Assembly: GCA_900769565.1 (NCBI GenBank)
Contig: CAAGHC010000003.1
Location: forward strand, 20,949-84,948
DNA length: 64,000 nucleotides
Reading direction: 5' to 3'
DNA from: Clostridia bacterium
GTDB taxonomy: Bacteria; Bacillota; Clostridia; Christensenellales; Borkfalkiaceae
Shown: positions 1 to 9,026 of the stretch, piece by piece
How positions within the stretch are numbered: position 1 is the stretch's first letter
Layout: each line of letters opens with the position of its first letter
Notes under the pieces: model-generated
Told to the model about the DNA's origin: nothing
Database searches by the model: none
Seen by the model: the letters and a program-made list of their open reading frames with translations, nothing else
Program-made: the position numbers and the translations under genes

Positions 1-516
1 AGTTTCCGTTTCTTCATAGTTGGTAGCACCGTATTTATAAGTGCCGTTATCATTCTTAAAATAGAAGAAAGTCGAACCTAATTCGCCTGCATCTTTATCA
101 ATTCTTGGCAAACCGAATACAAAACCAAATTGTTTATCGCCCTTAATTTCTCTAACGTTAAACGAGAAGTCCACGGTTAAACCATTTTCAACTTCTTCAC
201 TAAATATAGCTGAAGTACGTGATAAGAACGGGTTACCAAGGTCGTAAGTTTTTTCCACTCTTATAACTGCCTTGGAAACTTTTTCACTATCGGTCGTTAC
301 GTTGCCGTCTATGTCAAGCCATTTAACACCCAAACCTCTTTCAGCCTTGAATTTCCATTCTGCGCTTATGATTTCGTCGGTTGCCTGTTTACTGATAACG
401 TTTCCATCTTCTATTTGGACACCTGTTTTACCAGCGTTCGCGAGTTGAAAATGCACTATAGGCACACATAAAACAAGCGCCAAAACCATGCACAAAAGAA
501 CTCTAAATTTTTTCAT
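1..516 (-). CDS. secreted protein, N-terminal part only (the 3' end runs off the window)
   Basis: ATG at 514-516 with ggagaa RBS just upstream. Hand translation gives MKKFRVLLCMVLALVLCVPIVHFQLANA, a signal peptide, followed by beta-rich sequence resembling a LamG/jelly-roll domain. Confidence 0.6.
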   Translation of the reverse strand, partial: MKKFRVLLCMVLALVLCVPIVHFQLANAGKTGVQIEDGNVISKQATDEIISAEWKFKAERGLGVKWLDIDGNVTTDSEKVSKAVIRVEKTYDLGNPFLSRTSAIFSEEVENGLTVDFSFNVREIKGDKQFGFVFGLPRIDKDAGELGSTFFYFKNDNGTYKYGATNYEETET

Positions 517-634
517 GTTGTTCTCCTTAATATTTCATTATAATCGCAATAAAGCATACTATAGTCCTGCATTTATTACGGGTTTGTCAGTATGAAAATC
601 TTCCCATACGGACCTTATTTCAATAGTTTTACTC

Positions 635-2200
635 TTAACCTAAAAGGTCAGCGTTAGTTAAAATTTCTTGCCATTGTGCATCAAAATAATCGTCTTCCAC
701 CTTGCAGAATTGGTCTACAGTCATAACTTGACTTGAATTATCCGAATAAGTGAAACTTAAAACGGCTTTATTATGATGAAGCATATTTAAACCACCGTCG
801 TACAAGAGTTTAGAGTTTAACGCCTTGTAAATTCTGTTACATTGATTTCCAAGTTCTACAGTAGATTTTACGAATGAAGAAACGCTATCAAGCGAAGTCT
901 TTCTGTAACTACCGTCACTATAACTTACGGGAAGCATCATGCCAGAATAACGTTCACAAATATCTAATCCTTTATCGCTATAATAGAATTTGATAAATTC
1001 TTTAGCGCCTTCTTTTGCGTTAGAGTATTCGGGAATTAAAATTAAGTGTTGAGTCTTTTCAGAGAAAACGATATTTCTAGCCTCTCTTACTCTTTCGATA
1101 ATTTGTTCCCCGTGTTCTTTTGCTCTAACAGCGTCAACGGCAGATTGTTGGATAGCGTCTAAAGTGTCACCGTCAACGTAAGCAACTACTGCAGATAATT
1201 GATTTTCGGTAATGCCGAGTTTATTTCCAAGTGCTGAAATTACCGGCCACTTCATCATCTTAACGTTTTTAACGGTTGAATCGGTATTCTTCATTTCTTG
1301 TTCCAACCAACCACCGTTAGGTTGCATTAAACCTGCACCATTCAAGAAGTAGGTTTGCGCTACTGTGTGGGTTAAAGAGTTAGTACCAACGTAAGTATAA
1401 CCCTTGGGGTTAACCAACGCACGAATTACTTTGTATGCCTCTCTTTTAGCGTCGGTAGTCTTGAACACCTTAATAGAGTTTGCCTCTTCAACATCGTCCG
1501 TCTTGTCCCAAATAGTGCCCTTATCGTCCGTCCAAATACCATTCCAGTATTTTTGATAAACGTCAACACCGTCGTATTGAGCCATAAATACGTTTAGTAC
1601 GTATTCCCAGTAATCAGCGTAATGTACGAAAGGAGTATACTTGTCAGCAGATATAGTCTCTACAAGGCTCAAGAATTCGTCGGTGGTTTTAGGAAGTTTA
1701 TAGTTCTTCGTTTCAAACACGTCTGCATTATAAACCATACCACCTATACCTTCTGCCCAAGAAAGAGCGTAGGTGTGACCGTCATCTGCGGTAAATGCAG
1801 TTTTAAGTTGACTATCCATTTTGTCCTTAATCTTAACGCCGTCTACTTCTTCTTCAAGTAAACCGTCAAGGGGTTCAAGATAGCTCTTATACCCCATATA
1901 ACCTTCCATAGTTGTAATGTAAAGGTCTGCAGTATTATCGTCTGGACGGTTGTAAATGTCGGCACTATCAACAGCACTAGACGCAATGAAGTCTACCGTA
2001 TATTCGGGGTGGTCTTCTTCAAACGCCTTTACCATTTTCTGCATGTATTCTAGGCCGTAACCAGATGCCCAGTAGTGTAGTTCAATAGAACTAGGGTCGT
2101 TTTTAGAGCCACCGCCACCTGCAGGACCACAACCAACCATTGCAACTGCGGATACGGATGCTAATACAATCGCCATAATTTTTGTGAAAAGTTTTTTCAT
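635..2200 (-). CDS. ABC transporter extracellular solute-binding lipoprotein (carbohydrate type)
   Basis: 521-aa ORF with a lipobox signal (AMVGCGP) and an aaggagg RBS. It lies directly upstream of two permease genes. Confidence 0.85.
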   Translation of the reverse strand: MKKLFTKIMAIVLASVSAVAMVGCGPAGGGGSKNDPSSIELHYWASGYGLEYMQKMVKAFEEDHPEYTVDFIASSAVDSADIYNRPDDNTADLYITTMEGYMGYKSYLEPLDGLLEEEVDGVKIKDKMDSQLKTAFTADDGHTYALSWAEGIGGMVYNADVFETKNYKLPKTTDEFLSLVETISADKYTPFVHYADYWEYVLNVFMAQYDGVDVYQKYWNGIWTDDKGTIWDKTDDVEEANSIKVFKTTDAKREAYKVIRALVNPKGYTYVGTNSLTHTVAQTYFLNGAGLMQPNGGWLEQEMKNTDSTVKNVKMMKWPVISALGNKLGITENQLSAVVAYVDGDTLDAIQQSAVDAVRAKEHGEQIIERVREARNIVFSEKTQHLILIPEYSNAKEGAKEFIKFYYSDKGLDICERYSGMMLPVSYSDGSYRKTSLDSVSSFVKSTVELGNQCNRIYKALNSKLLYDGGLNMLHHNKAVLSFTYSDNSSQVMTVDQFCKVEDDYFDAQWQEILTNADLLG

Positions 2201-2353
2201 AATATCCTCCTTAAAGGTTTTATCCTTTTTTTTACTAATTGCTAATAAACCGTTTTTCTCTTTTTCGCTCGAAAAAGAGAAAGGGTTAACCCTTGAAAAT
2301 TTTAAGTTTTATCGCTTACGCTACCACTTCGTAGCATTTTTCATTTTTTTGTT

Positions 2354-3259
2354 TTATCCCTTGATACCACCGAGTGATACGTTGTCCAAAATAGTCTTAT
2401 AACCGAACAAATAAACGACTAACGGCGGAATTGCAGAGATAACGCAGGCAGCCATAAGTATATCCATTCTTGCCCTATAAGTCATTTCTAGATTGAATAG
2501 ATAAATACCAGTTGCAAGCGTAGGATAATTAGGTAAGAACAATAACGCTGTCATAGCGTCGTTCCAGCAACCTACAGCGTGCATAACGATAAGCGCGGTA
2601 AGCATACCTTTGCAAAGTGGAAGTTCTATCTTAAACAATATAGTGTAGTGTCCTGCACCGTCGATTTCTGCAGCCTCGGCATACGTGTTAGAAATACCAC
2701 GTATAAATGCGCACATATAAAGGTTGTTTGCACCGAATGCGCCGATTGACGAGTAAAGCAAGAACGGCGAGTTATACATTCCAAGTCTAGTGAACACCGC
2801 ATATTGCGAAGGTAGTGCACCGATAATCGGAATAACCATGGTTAGTAAGTTTATGGTAATGAGCAAGTTTCTACCTGGGAAACGGTATCTTGTTACCGCG
2901 TACGCAACTAAAGTTACACTAAAAATAGAAAGGAACGTTGCACCGAAAACCCACCAAAGGGTATTCCCTATCATACCTATCATGTTAGTTTGTTTAACTT
3001 CCAAAAGCTTAAACACGTCAATGTAGTTTTGCCATTGCCACTTTTTAGGAAGTTCCCACGGGTTCATAATTAAATCGGTATGAGTTTTCAAACCTGCAAG
3101 CATACCCCAAAAATATGCCAAAACGTAAGAGAGTGCAAAAGCCCAAAGTATAACCGCAGCGACAATGAACACAATGGTTTCACCAAGCGTTTTTCTAGCG
3201 ACGTAATCTTTTTTGGGTTTTTTAATAGGTTGACCATCTAAAGTATATACTGTTTTCAT
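2354..3259 (-). CDS. carbohydrate ABC transporter permease
   Basis: 301 aa, multi-pass membrane protein with a BPD_transp_1-like EAAxxDG loop (AEAAEIDGAGH). Confidence 0.85.
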   Translation of the reverse strand: MKTVYTLDGQPIKKPKKDYVARKTLGETIVFIVAAVILWAFALSYVLAYFWGMLAGLKTHTDLIMNPWELPKKWQWQNYIDVFKLLEVKQTNMIGMIGNTLWWVFGATFLSIFSVTLVAYAVTRYRFPGRNLLITINLLTMVIPIIGALPSQYAVFTRLGMYNSPFLLYSSIGAFGANNLYMCAFIRGISNTYAEAAEIDGAGHYTILFKIELPLCKGMLTALIVMHAVGCWNDAMTALLFLPNYPTLATGIYLFNLEMTYRARMDILMAACVISAIPPLVVYLFGYKTILDNVSLGGIKG

Positions 3260-3278
3260 ATCAATCTTAACCCCCTTT

Positions 3279-4259
3279 TTAATATTGAACGTCTTCGACT
3301 TTATTAACTAACCAACGTGTCAAGAACACTATCGGCAAGGTGCAAATCGTAAAGCACAAACCAACGCAAGATGCGTAGTTGTAAGTGTTCGACGTAAGCG
3401 CGTTTCCATAAACGTTTTGGAATATTAAGAACGAAATGGTGTTCGTTCCATAAGCACCGCCCGTCAAGAATAGAATGTTACCACTAGCAGTAAATATACC
3501 GGTCAAACTCAATATAAGTAGCGTACCGATGGTCGGCCAAATCAAAGGTATAATTATCTGAACGAATTCTCTTAACCAACCCAAACCGTCAAGCTTGCCC
3601 GCCTCAATAACTTCGGTCGGAATTCTCGATAAAGCACCACCGTAAAGAACGAAGTTACCCGCAATACCAAACCAAACCGAATACATCATAACCGTTTTAA
3701 GCGCATATCTCGTGTCGGTTAGTAAGGTGTACACCGTGTCGGTATTGTTTATCCATTGCAAAAGTTCAACGATAGGTCCTTTAGGCCCAACTATTTCTTT
3801 ATAGAGAGTAGACCAAACAACGCCGGAAATAAGACCAGGAAGGAAGAATATAATCTGCAATCCACGGTACCCGTAAATCTTCTTAAACATAAAATAAGAA
3901 GTACAAAGTGCTATCGGTGTCATTAATTGACCTAACAAGAAGAACTTAAATGTGTTTATCAAACATAGTGTAAGTTCACTAGTGTTCGCCCCTTCGCCAA
4001 AGAACTGGTTGTACACACGCACAAAGTTATCAAACGTCCAGTACACTTCCCCACGTTTTTTAAGTTGGAACGCCATCAATATCGAGTTGGCGTTAACCAC
4101 TACGTAGAAAATTATAAAGTTTATAAGTTGAAGAGTTATTATTGAAAGAATGAATAAATTCTTTTTAACAACGCGCATTTTTTTATCGCGCTCAAAGAAT
4201 TTAAGTTGGTCTTCCATAGTAAGTTCTTCATAACTTCTAGGCCTTTTATTTAACTCCAT
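3279..4259 (-). CDS. carbohydrate ABC transporter permease
   Basis: The ORF extends to 4283, but the second ATG (MELNKRP) is preceded by aaaggagag. Multi-pass protein with an EAGKLDG loop. Confidence 0.8.
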   Translation of the reverse strand: MELNKRPRSYEELTMEDQLKFFERDKKMRVVKKNLFILSIITLQLINFIIFYVVVNANSILMAFQLKKRGEVYWTFDNFVRVYNQFFGEGANTSELTLCLINTFKFFLLGQLMTPIALCTSYFMFKKIYGYRGLQIIFFLPGLISGVVWSTLYKEIVGPKGPIVELLQWINNTDTVYTLLTDTRYALKTVMMYSVWFGIAGNFVLYGGALSRIPTEVIEAGKLDGLGWLREFVQIIIPLIWPTIGTLLILSLTGIFTASGNILFLTGGAYGTNTISFLIFQNVYGNALTSNTYNYASCVGLCFTICTLPIVFLTRWLVNKVEDVQY

Positions 4260-4356
4260 CTTATCTCTCCTTTTTAAACTCATTTAAAAAAGGGCACAAT
4301 TAACCCTAGTCTAATATTCTTCGTATAATATAATAACACACTTTTAATTGTTTTAC

Positions 4357-4400
4357 CATGCTCTTATGTTGCTTTTTTCATGCTCTTATGTTGCTTTTTT
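4357..4400. repeat. perfect tandem duplication, 2 x 22 bp (catgctcttatgttgctttttt)
   Basis: Read directly from the sequence. It lies about 100 bp upstream of the ABC permease operon start and downstream of the AraC gene. Confidence 0.8.
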
Positions 4401-4502
4401 GTTTAAGTTGTTTTTATTTGCGTTGTTAATGCCTTTTTTACATAAAATTCGCTTTGATTTGTAAGTGTAAACAATTGCCATATTTATTAAAACATTATTA
4501 AA

Positions 4503-4540
4503 TAAAAAATGGTGTGCCCTAGATGTTTATAGAGCACACT
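4503..4540 (-). terminator. Rho-independent terminator after the AraC gene
   Basis: Hairpin GTGTGC...GCACAC followed by a T-run on the minus strand. Confidence 0.6.
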
Positions 4541-4564
4541 ATTTTCTTGCGTTATAAATTTTTA

Positions 4565-5485
4565 CTATTTAACCGTCTTTTTACTTTTAGAGCCTTTCCC
4601 TGTTTTAGAATCTTTTACCACTTTACCACGCTTATATTCCCTGCTATTACATCTGTATTCACTAGGCGAAGTTCCAACGATTTTTTTAAACACTTTTGAA
4701 AAAGCCGAATAACTATTATACCCTAGCGTATGCGCTATCTGTTCGTACGACATTTCCGTTTCCGCAACTAAATACCTTGCCTTTTTAATTTTTGTCATTA
4801 TCATATATTGTTGCAATGAAAATCCTTTTTCATTTAAAAACGTCCTATACAACCACGAACGTTCGTACCCAAATCGGTTTGCAATGTCTGCTATACTGAG
4901 ATTTTGGTCTAAATTGTTTTCCACGTATTGCGATACTGCATCTAGCATAATCTGCTTTTGAGTTTTCGGAACGGTGTTTTGAACGTTACTTACAACGCGC
5001 TTAAACATTCCTAGCATTAGATAAGAAAGCGCCAAAAAATCGTAGACGGGCGCTCTTTCTCGCTGAAGTGCTTGATAGAATTTGCCGAATAGTTTTTCAA
5101 CTTCCTTTACGTCTAAATTTTCAATAACGTACACGTTAGGCCCTATCCCACAACTGCAAAGCAAACTTTCAACAGTTCGCCCAGACAATGAAAGCCAGTA
5201 TCTATAATACGGGTCAGCCGACTCGCTTACGTACTTATGCCTTATACCAGGTCTTATAATAAACGCTTGCCCACTCGTTAACGTATAATTAAATTCCTTA
5301 TCGTCTTCCCAAACGGTAAGGTGACATTGCCCTTTAGTTATTATGTGTATAATGTAATTAGTCCGTTTTTCAGAAAACGAATAACTAGGGTTACCTATAG
5401 TGTCGTACCAACCAAATTCGTCAACACAATAATCTTCGGTGGGTTTTTCAGAATTATAATAAATTAAAAATCTACTATTCTTCAT
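4565..5485 (-). CDS. AraC family transcriptional regulator
   Basis: 306 aa with an N-terminal cupin-like sensor and a C-terminal double HTH (SIADIANRFGYERSWLYRTF ... YEQIAHTLGYNSYSAFSKVFKK). Confidence 0.85.
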   Translation of the reverse strand: MKNSRFLIYYNSEKPTEDYCVDEFGWYDTIGNPSYSFSEKRTNYIIHIITKGQCHLTVWEDDKEFNYTLTSGQAFIIRPGIRHKYVSESADPYYRYWLSLSGRTVESLLCSCGIGPNVYVIENLDVKEVEKLFGKFYQALQRERAPVYDFLALSYLMLGMFKRVVSNVQNTVPKTQKQIMLDAVSQYVENNLDQNLSIADIANRFGYERSWLYRTFLNEKGFSLQQYMIMTKIKKARYLVAETEMSYEQIAHTLGYNSYSAFSKVFKKIVGTSPSEYRCNSREYKRGKVVKDSKTGKGSKSKKTVK

Positions 5486-5644
5486 CTTTAATATTTCCTA
5501 AAATTGCTTATTATGTTATATTGTAACATAAAAAACACCATTAGTAAATACGTTTTTTTAAAATTCTTTATATGTTTTAAAATAAAAAAGCGCGTCACCT
5601 TTAACAAATAGCGTCGCACTTAATAAATAATTTATAATTTTATA

Positions 5645-6931
5645 TTATTCTTTTACTTCTTTTTCGTTTTCTGCTTTACGTTTTGCCACCAAATAATAGA
5701 TAAGTACGATAGCGTAGTGGATTACAAGCCCAACAGCTATTGCTTTTACTAGGTCGAATATTACGGTAAGCGCAAAAGTTAGCACGAGCACCAAAATATC
5801 GTTCCACTTTTTAGTTTTGATTACGCTAACGAATTCTCGCCATTCGCTCATGTTGTAGGCTACTATAAATAGTATTGCTGCGATTATCGGCATAGGTATA
5901 TATGACGCCAACGGCATTAGAAGAACTAATACCAACAAAAGCACTACTGCGTGTATCATACCCGAAAGCGGTGATTTACCACCGTTTTTAACGTTAGCAG
6001 CCGTTCTTGCGATAGCCCCCGTTGCAGGAATACCACCAAAGCACCCGACTAGTAAGTTCCCCGTACCTAGAGCGATAAGTTCGGTATTTGAATTGTGTTT
6101 ATCCCCCACCATTTTATCAGACACCACGCACGATAGAAGTGATTCAATACCCGCAAGTAAAGCAATGGTAAATGCGCTAGGTAAGAGCGCAAGTATGCGT
6201 GCGCCCGTTATTTCGGGAAAACTAAAGGTAGGAAGCGCCGACGATATGGTGTATAGCGAGCCTATAGTGTTTGCGTTTATTACGGGAATAAGGCAAACTA
6301 AAGAGCCCACTAGAACTGCAATGAGTGAACCGGGGATTTTTTTAGACACCTTGGTCCAAAGTATTAAAATTACTAACCCTAATAAACCGATAGCAAAAGC
6401 CCAAGGATTAAAGGTGGAAATGTTTTCAAAAACTAATTTAAGTTTATCAACCGTTTCGATAGCAACCGTTCCTGCTGGATAAGTAAGACCTAAAAAGTCC
6501 TTTAACTGCCCCACCACTAGCGTAACTGCAATACCAGCGGTAAAACCAACCGTGATAGTGTGTGGAATGTATTTGATTAGCGAGCCTACTCTACATACGC
6601 CCATGATTATTAGTATTAAACCTGCCATAACGGTAGCAAGGAACAACCCGTCCATACCTTCGGACAAAATTATTCCCGCAACGATAGTAGCAAACGCTGC
6701 TGTAGGACCTGTAATGTTTACCTTACTGCCACCTAAAAGTGCAGTAACGAAACCTGCGACGATTGCCGTAAATAATCCCCTTTCGGGCGTAGCGCCAGAC
6801 GCTATTGCAAGCGCTATTGATAATGGCAAAGCAATAATCGCAACGATTATGCCTGCCACCACGTCAGACAGATAATCTCTAGTTTTGTAACCCTTAAAAG
6901 CCGTTAAAAGTTTTGGTTGGAATAATTTCAT
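5645..6931 (-). CDS. SulP family inorganic anion permease (no STAS domain)
   Basis: 428 aa with a SulP-type N-terminus (DVVAGIIVAIIALPLSIALAIASG). The ORF ends right after the last TM helix. RBS is aaggagag. Confidence 0.8.
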   Translation of the reverse strand: MKLFQPKLLTAFKGYKTRDYLSDVVAGIIVAIIALPLSIALAIASGATPERGLFTAIVAGFVTALLGGSKVNITGPTAAFATIVAGIILSEGMDGLFLATVMAGLILIIMGVCRVGSLIKYIPHTITVGFTAGIAVTLVVGQLKDFLGLTYPAGTVAIETVDKLKLVFENISTFNPWAFAIGLLGLVILILWTKVSKKIPGSLIAVLVGSLVCLIPVINANTIGSLYTISSALPTFSFPEITGARILALLPSAFTIALLAGIESLLSCVVSDKMVGDKHNSNTELIALGTGNLLVGCFGGIPATGAIARTAANVKNGGKSPLSGMIHAVVLLLVLVLLMPLASYIPMPIIAAILFIVAYNMSEWREFVSVIKTKKWNDILVLVLTFALTVIFDLVKAIAVGLVIHYAIVLIYYLVAKRKAENEKEVKE

Positions 6932-7000
6932 TTACTCTCTCCTTAGTGCGATAGCAATTATATACCAACAACTTTTAAAAAGCAATAAATTTAGTTGATA

Positions 7001-7034
7001 AAAATTAAAAAAGGCAAGGATTTTTCCCTGCCTT
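7001..7034 (-). terminator. Rho-independent terminator
   Basis: AAGGCAGGG-aaaaa-TCCTTGCCTT followed by TTTT on the minus strand. Confidence 0.6.
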
Positions 7035-7057
7035 AAGCGTTTAACTTTATTTTTACT

Positions 7058-7762
7058 CTAATCGGAATACACGTTTTCCGTACTAGCACGTTCTTGCCCA
7101 AAACCTAATAAGTTAAATTCTTCGTCCGCATCAAAGTTCTCGGCATTCTCGTACGCAGAAAGTTTGCTTATAGAAACTTCGTAAGCAGTTAGCGTTCTTA
7201 CGTCGTCATCCGAAAATCGTTTTTGGTATTCCCTACTCTGTATTCTACCACTAACGGCAATCTTTTCCCCAACTGCAAGGTTTTTAGCAAAACGGGCGTT
7301 CCTACCCCATGCGATACACGGTATATAGTCAGACTTATTATAAGAACGGTTTACCGCAATTAAAACGTCTGCAATTTCACGGTTAAACGGCGTCGTCCTA
7401 TACACGGGTGGTTTACACACGTAACCCGTAAGCACTATGTTGTTGGGGTTTTTTACGGGCGCTTGGTCTAAAAGTTCCCTTACGAACACCGTTAGCATAA
7501 GTTTACTTTTACCGTCCACTAATTTATTGTAGCTACGGAACTGACCGAGCGCGTGAATTGTTACGCCCACTTTCAAATCGCAGTCTGCAATCAAGCGTTC
7601 GGATACGGTAACGGGTAAAACGTCTGCTTGCCCCGAAAGTCTTTTTACCAAGACGTTCATCTCGTAAAAGCCCTCGCCGTATACTTCGTGCGAAAATTCG
7701 GCTTTGGTTACGATTTCCCCACTAATGAATACCTTGTTGTTTTTTTCTGTCAAATAGTTCAT
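7058..7762 (-). CDS. single-stranded-DNA-binding-like protein with two OB-fold halves
   Basis: The ORF is listed to 7780 (TTG start), but GGAGG precedes the ATG at 7762. Two internally similar halves and an acidic C-terminal region (DADEEFNLLGF). Confidence 0.5.
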   Translation of the reverse strand: MNYLTEKNNKVFISGEIVTKAEFSHEVYGEGFYEMNVLVKRLSGQADVLPVTVSERLIADCDLKVGVTIHALGQFRSYNKLVDGKSKLMLTVFVRELLDQAPVKNPNNIVLTGYVCKPPVYRTTPFNREIADVLIAVNRSYNKSDYIPCIAWGRNARFAKNLAVGEKIAVSGRIQSREYQKRFSDDDVRTLTAYEVSISKLSAYENAENFDADEEFNLLGFGQERASTENVYSD

Positions 7763-7788
7763 ATATTTTATTTCCTCCAAAGAATTTC

Positions 7789-8625
7789 CTATGAATTTTT
7801 AACCTGCGCACCGTCGGGCGCTACGTGGTAATTATCCCTATAAATCAGTTCGCCTATACTCACGAACTCGTATCCTTTGTTTTTTAACGTCGTGATAATG
7901 CCCTCAAGAGCCTCTGCCGTATGCAAACCTTGGTTATGAAAAAGCACGATAGAACCGTTTTTAACCCTTTCGGTTACTCGTTTTTCTATTTGTGCGCTAG
8001 ACAAATCTTTCCAGTCTAAACTATCCACGTCCCATTGAATTGTATAAAGTTCAAGTTCTTCCGCCACGTCTATCAATAAGTCGTTATACTCACCGAACGG
8101 TGGACGGAAAAGTTCAACTTTTTTGCCCGTAATTTCTTCTATTACTTTTTTAGAAGTTGTAAGTTCTTTCACCATGGCGTTTTTATCAAGTTTGCTCATG
8201 TGCGGGTGGGTTGCCGAGTGAGTGCCTATCTCATGCCCGTGCTCGGAAATCTTTTTCACGTATTCGGGATATTTTTTCGCCCAAAATTCCACCATGAAAA
8301 AAGTGCATTTTACACCGTGTTCAGCCATAATATCAAGCAGTTTATCGGTATAGTCCACGCCCCATGCACAGTCAAAGGAAATGGCTACTTTTTTACTTTC
8401 AGTTTGTACTCTATAGATAGGTAATTTTTTTACAGCGTAACCGAAAAACACTTGTTGTGCGCCACTAAAATACACGCCTAAACAGGTTATAAGCATTACA
8501 ATCGCCATAATTATAACGGTTTTAACTTTCCCCTTTGATAAGACGGCAAAATACATTCTATCACTTCCCCGATAACTCTTTTTGTTGAAATTTAGGCGTT
8601 TTTGTTTTATTTTAGATTTTATCAA
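7789..8625 (-). CDS. polysaccharide deacetylase (NodB homology domain), membrane anchored
   Basis: FDCAWG...TFFMV...GHEIGTHSATHPH motifs and an N-terminal TM helix. The start is uncertain (TTG at 8625 or ATG at 8556). Confidence 0.85.
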   Translation of the reverse strand: MIKSKIKQKRLNFNKKSYRGSDRMYFAVLSKGKVKTVIIMAIVMLITCLGVYFSGAQQVFFGYAVKKLPIYRVQTESKKVAISFDCAWGVDYTDKLLDIMAEHGVKCTFFMVEFWAKKYPEYVKKISEHGHEIGTHSATHPHMSKLDKNAMVKELTTSKKVIEEITGKKVELFRPPFGEYNDLLIDVAEELELYTIQWDVDSLDWKDLSSAQIEKRVTERVKNGSIVLFHNQGLHTAEALEGIITTLKNKGYEFVSIGELIYRDNYHVAPDGAQVKNS

Positions 8626-8679
8626 AACTCCTTTTAAGATAAATGTACTCTCAAAGCCTTAAACTTATGATAAAAATTT

Positions 8680-8716
8680 AAAAAGAAAAAAGCGCTTACC
8701 AAAACGGTAAACGCTT
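8680..8716 (-). terminator. Rho-independent terminator
   Basis: AGCGTTTACC-gtttt-GGTAAGCGCT followed by a T-run on the minus strand. Confidence 0.6.
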
Positions 8717-8733
8717 TTATTGTAAGTTTAATA

Positions 8734-8928
8734 TTAGTCTTTCTTTCTTACGGCAAACGTCATGAATACGGCTAAAACGTTAAAGAAGAAACCTGCCCAA
8801 AACCACATAACTTCGTTCATATCCTTATTTTTATCACGAATAATGTCAACGCAAATTCTTCCGCAAACGTATCCACCAAAAACGTAAATTATTATACCTA
8901 AACAAAAACTGATAATCGTCAACGCCAT
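8734..8928 (-). CDS. small membrane protein (64 aa, two predicted TM helices)
   Basis: ORF with an aaggag RBS and its own terminator. No recognisable family. Confidence 0.4.
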   Translation of the reverse strand: MALTIISFCLGIIIYVFGGYVCGRICVDIIRDKNKDMNEVMWFWAGFFFNVLAVFMTFAVRKKD

Positions 8929-9026
8929 AATATACTCCTTAATGTTTGTTCTACTTTTTTATTATAATCCAATAGTAAGATTTTGTCAACGGTAATCAAA
9001 GATTTTAGCCATAAAATTACTTTTCC

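Noticed and set aside
4357-4400. Tandem repeat as a possible CRISPR or minisatellite
   Set aside because: There are only two units with no spacers, so it is not an array. No CRISPR-like repeats were seen anywhere in the window.
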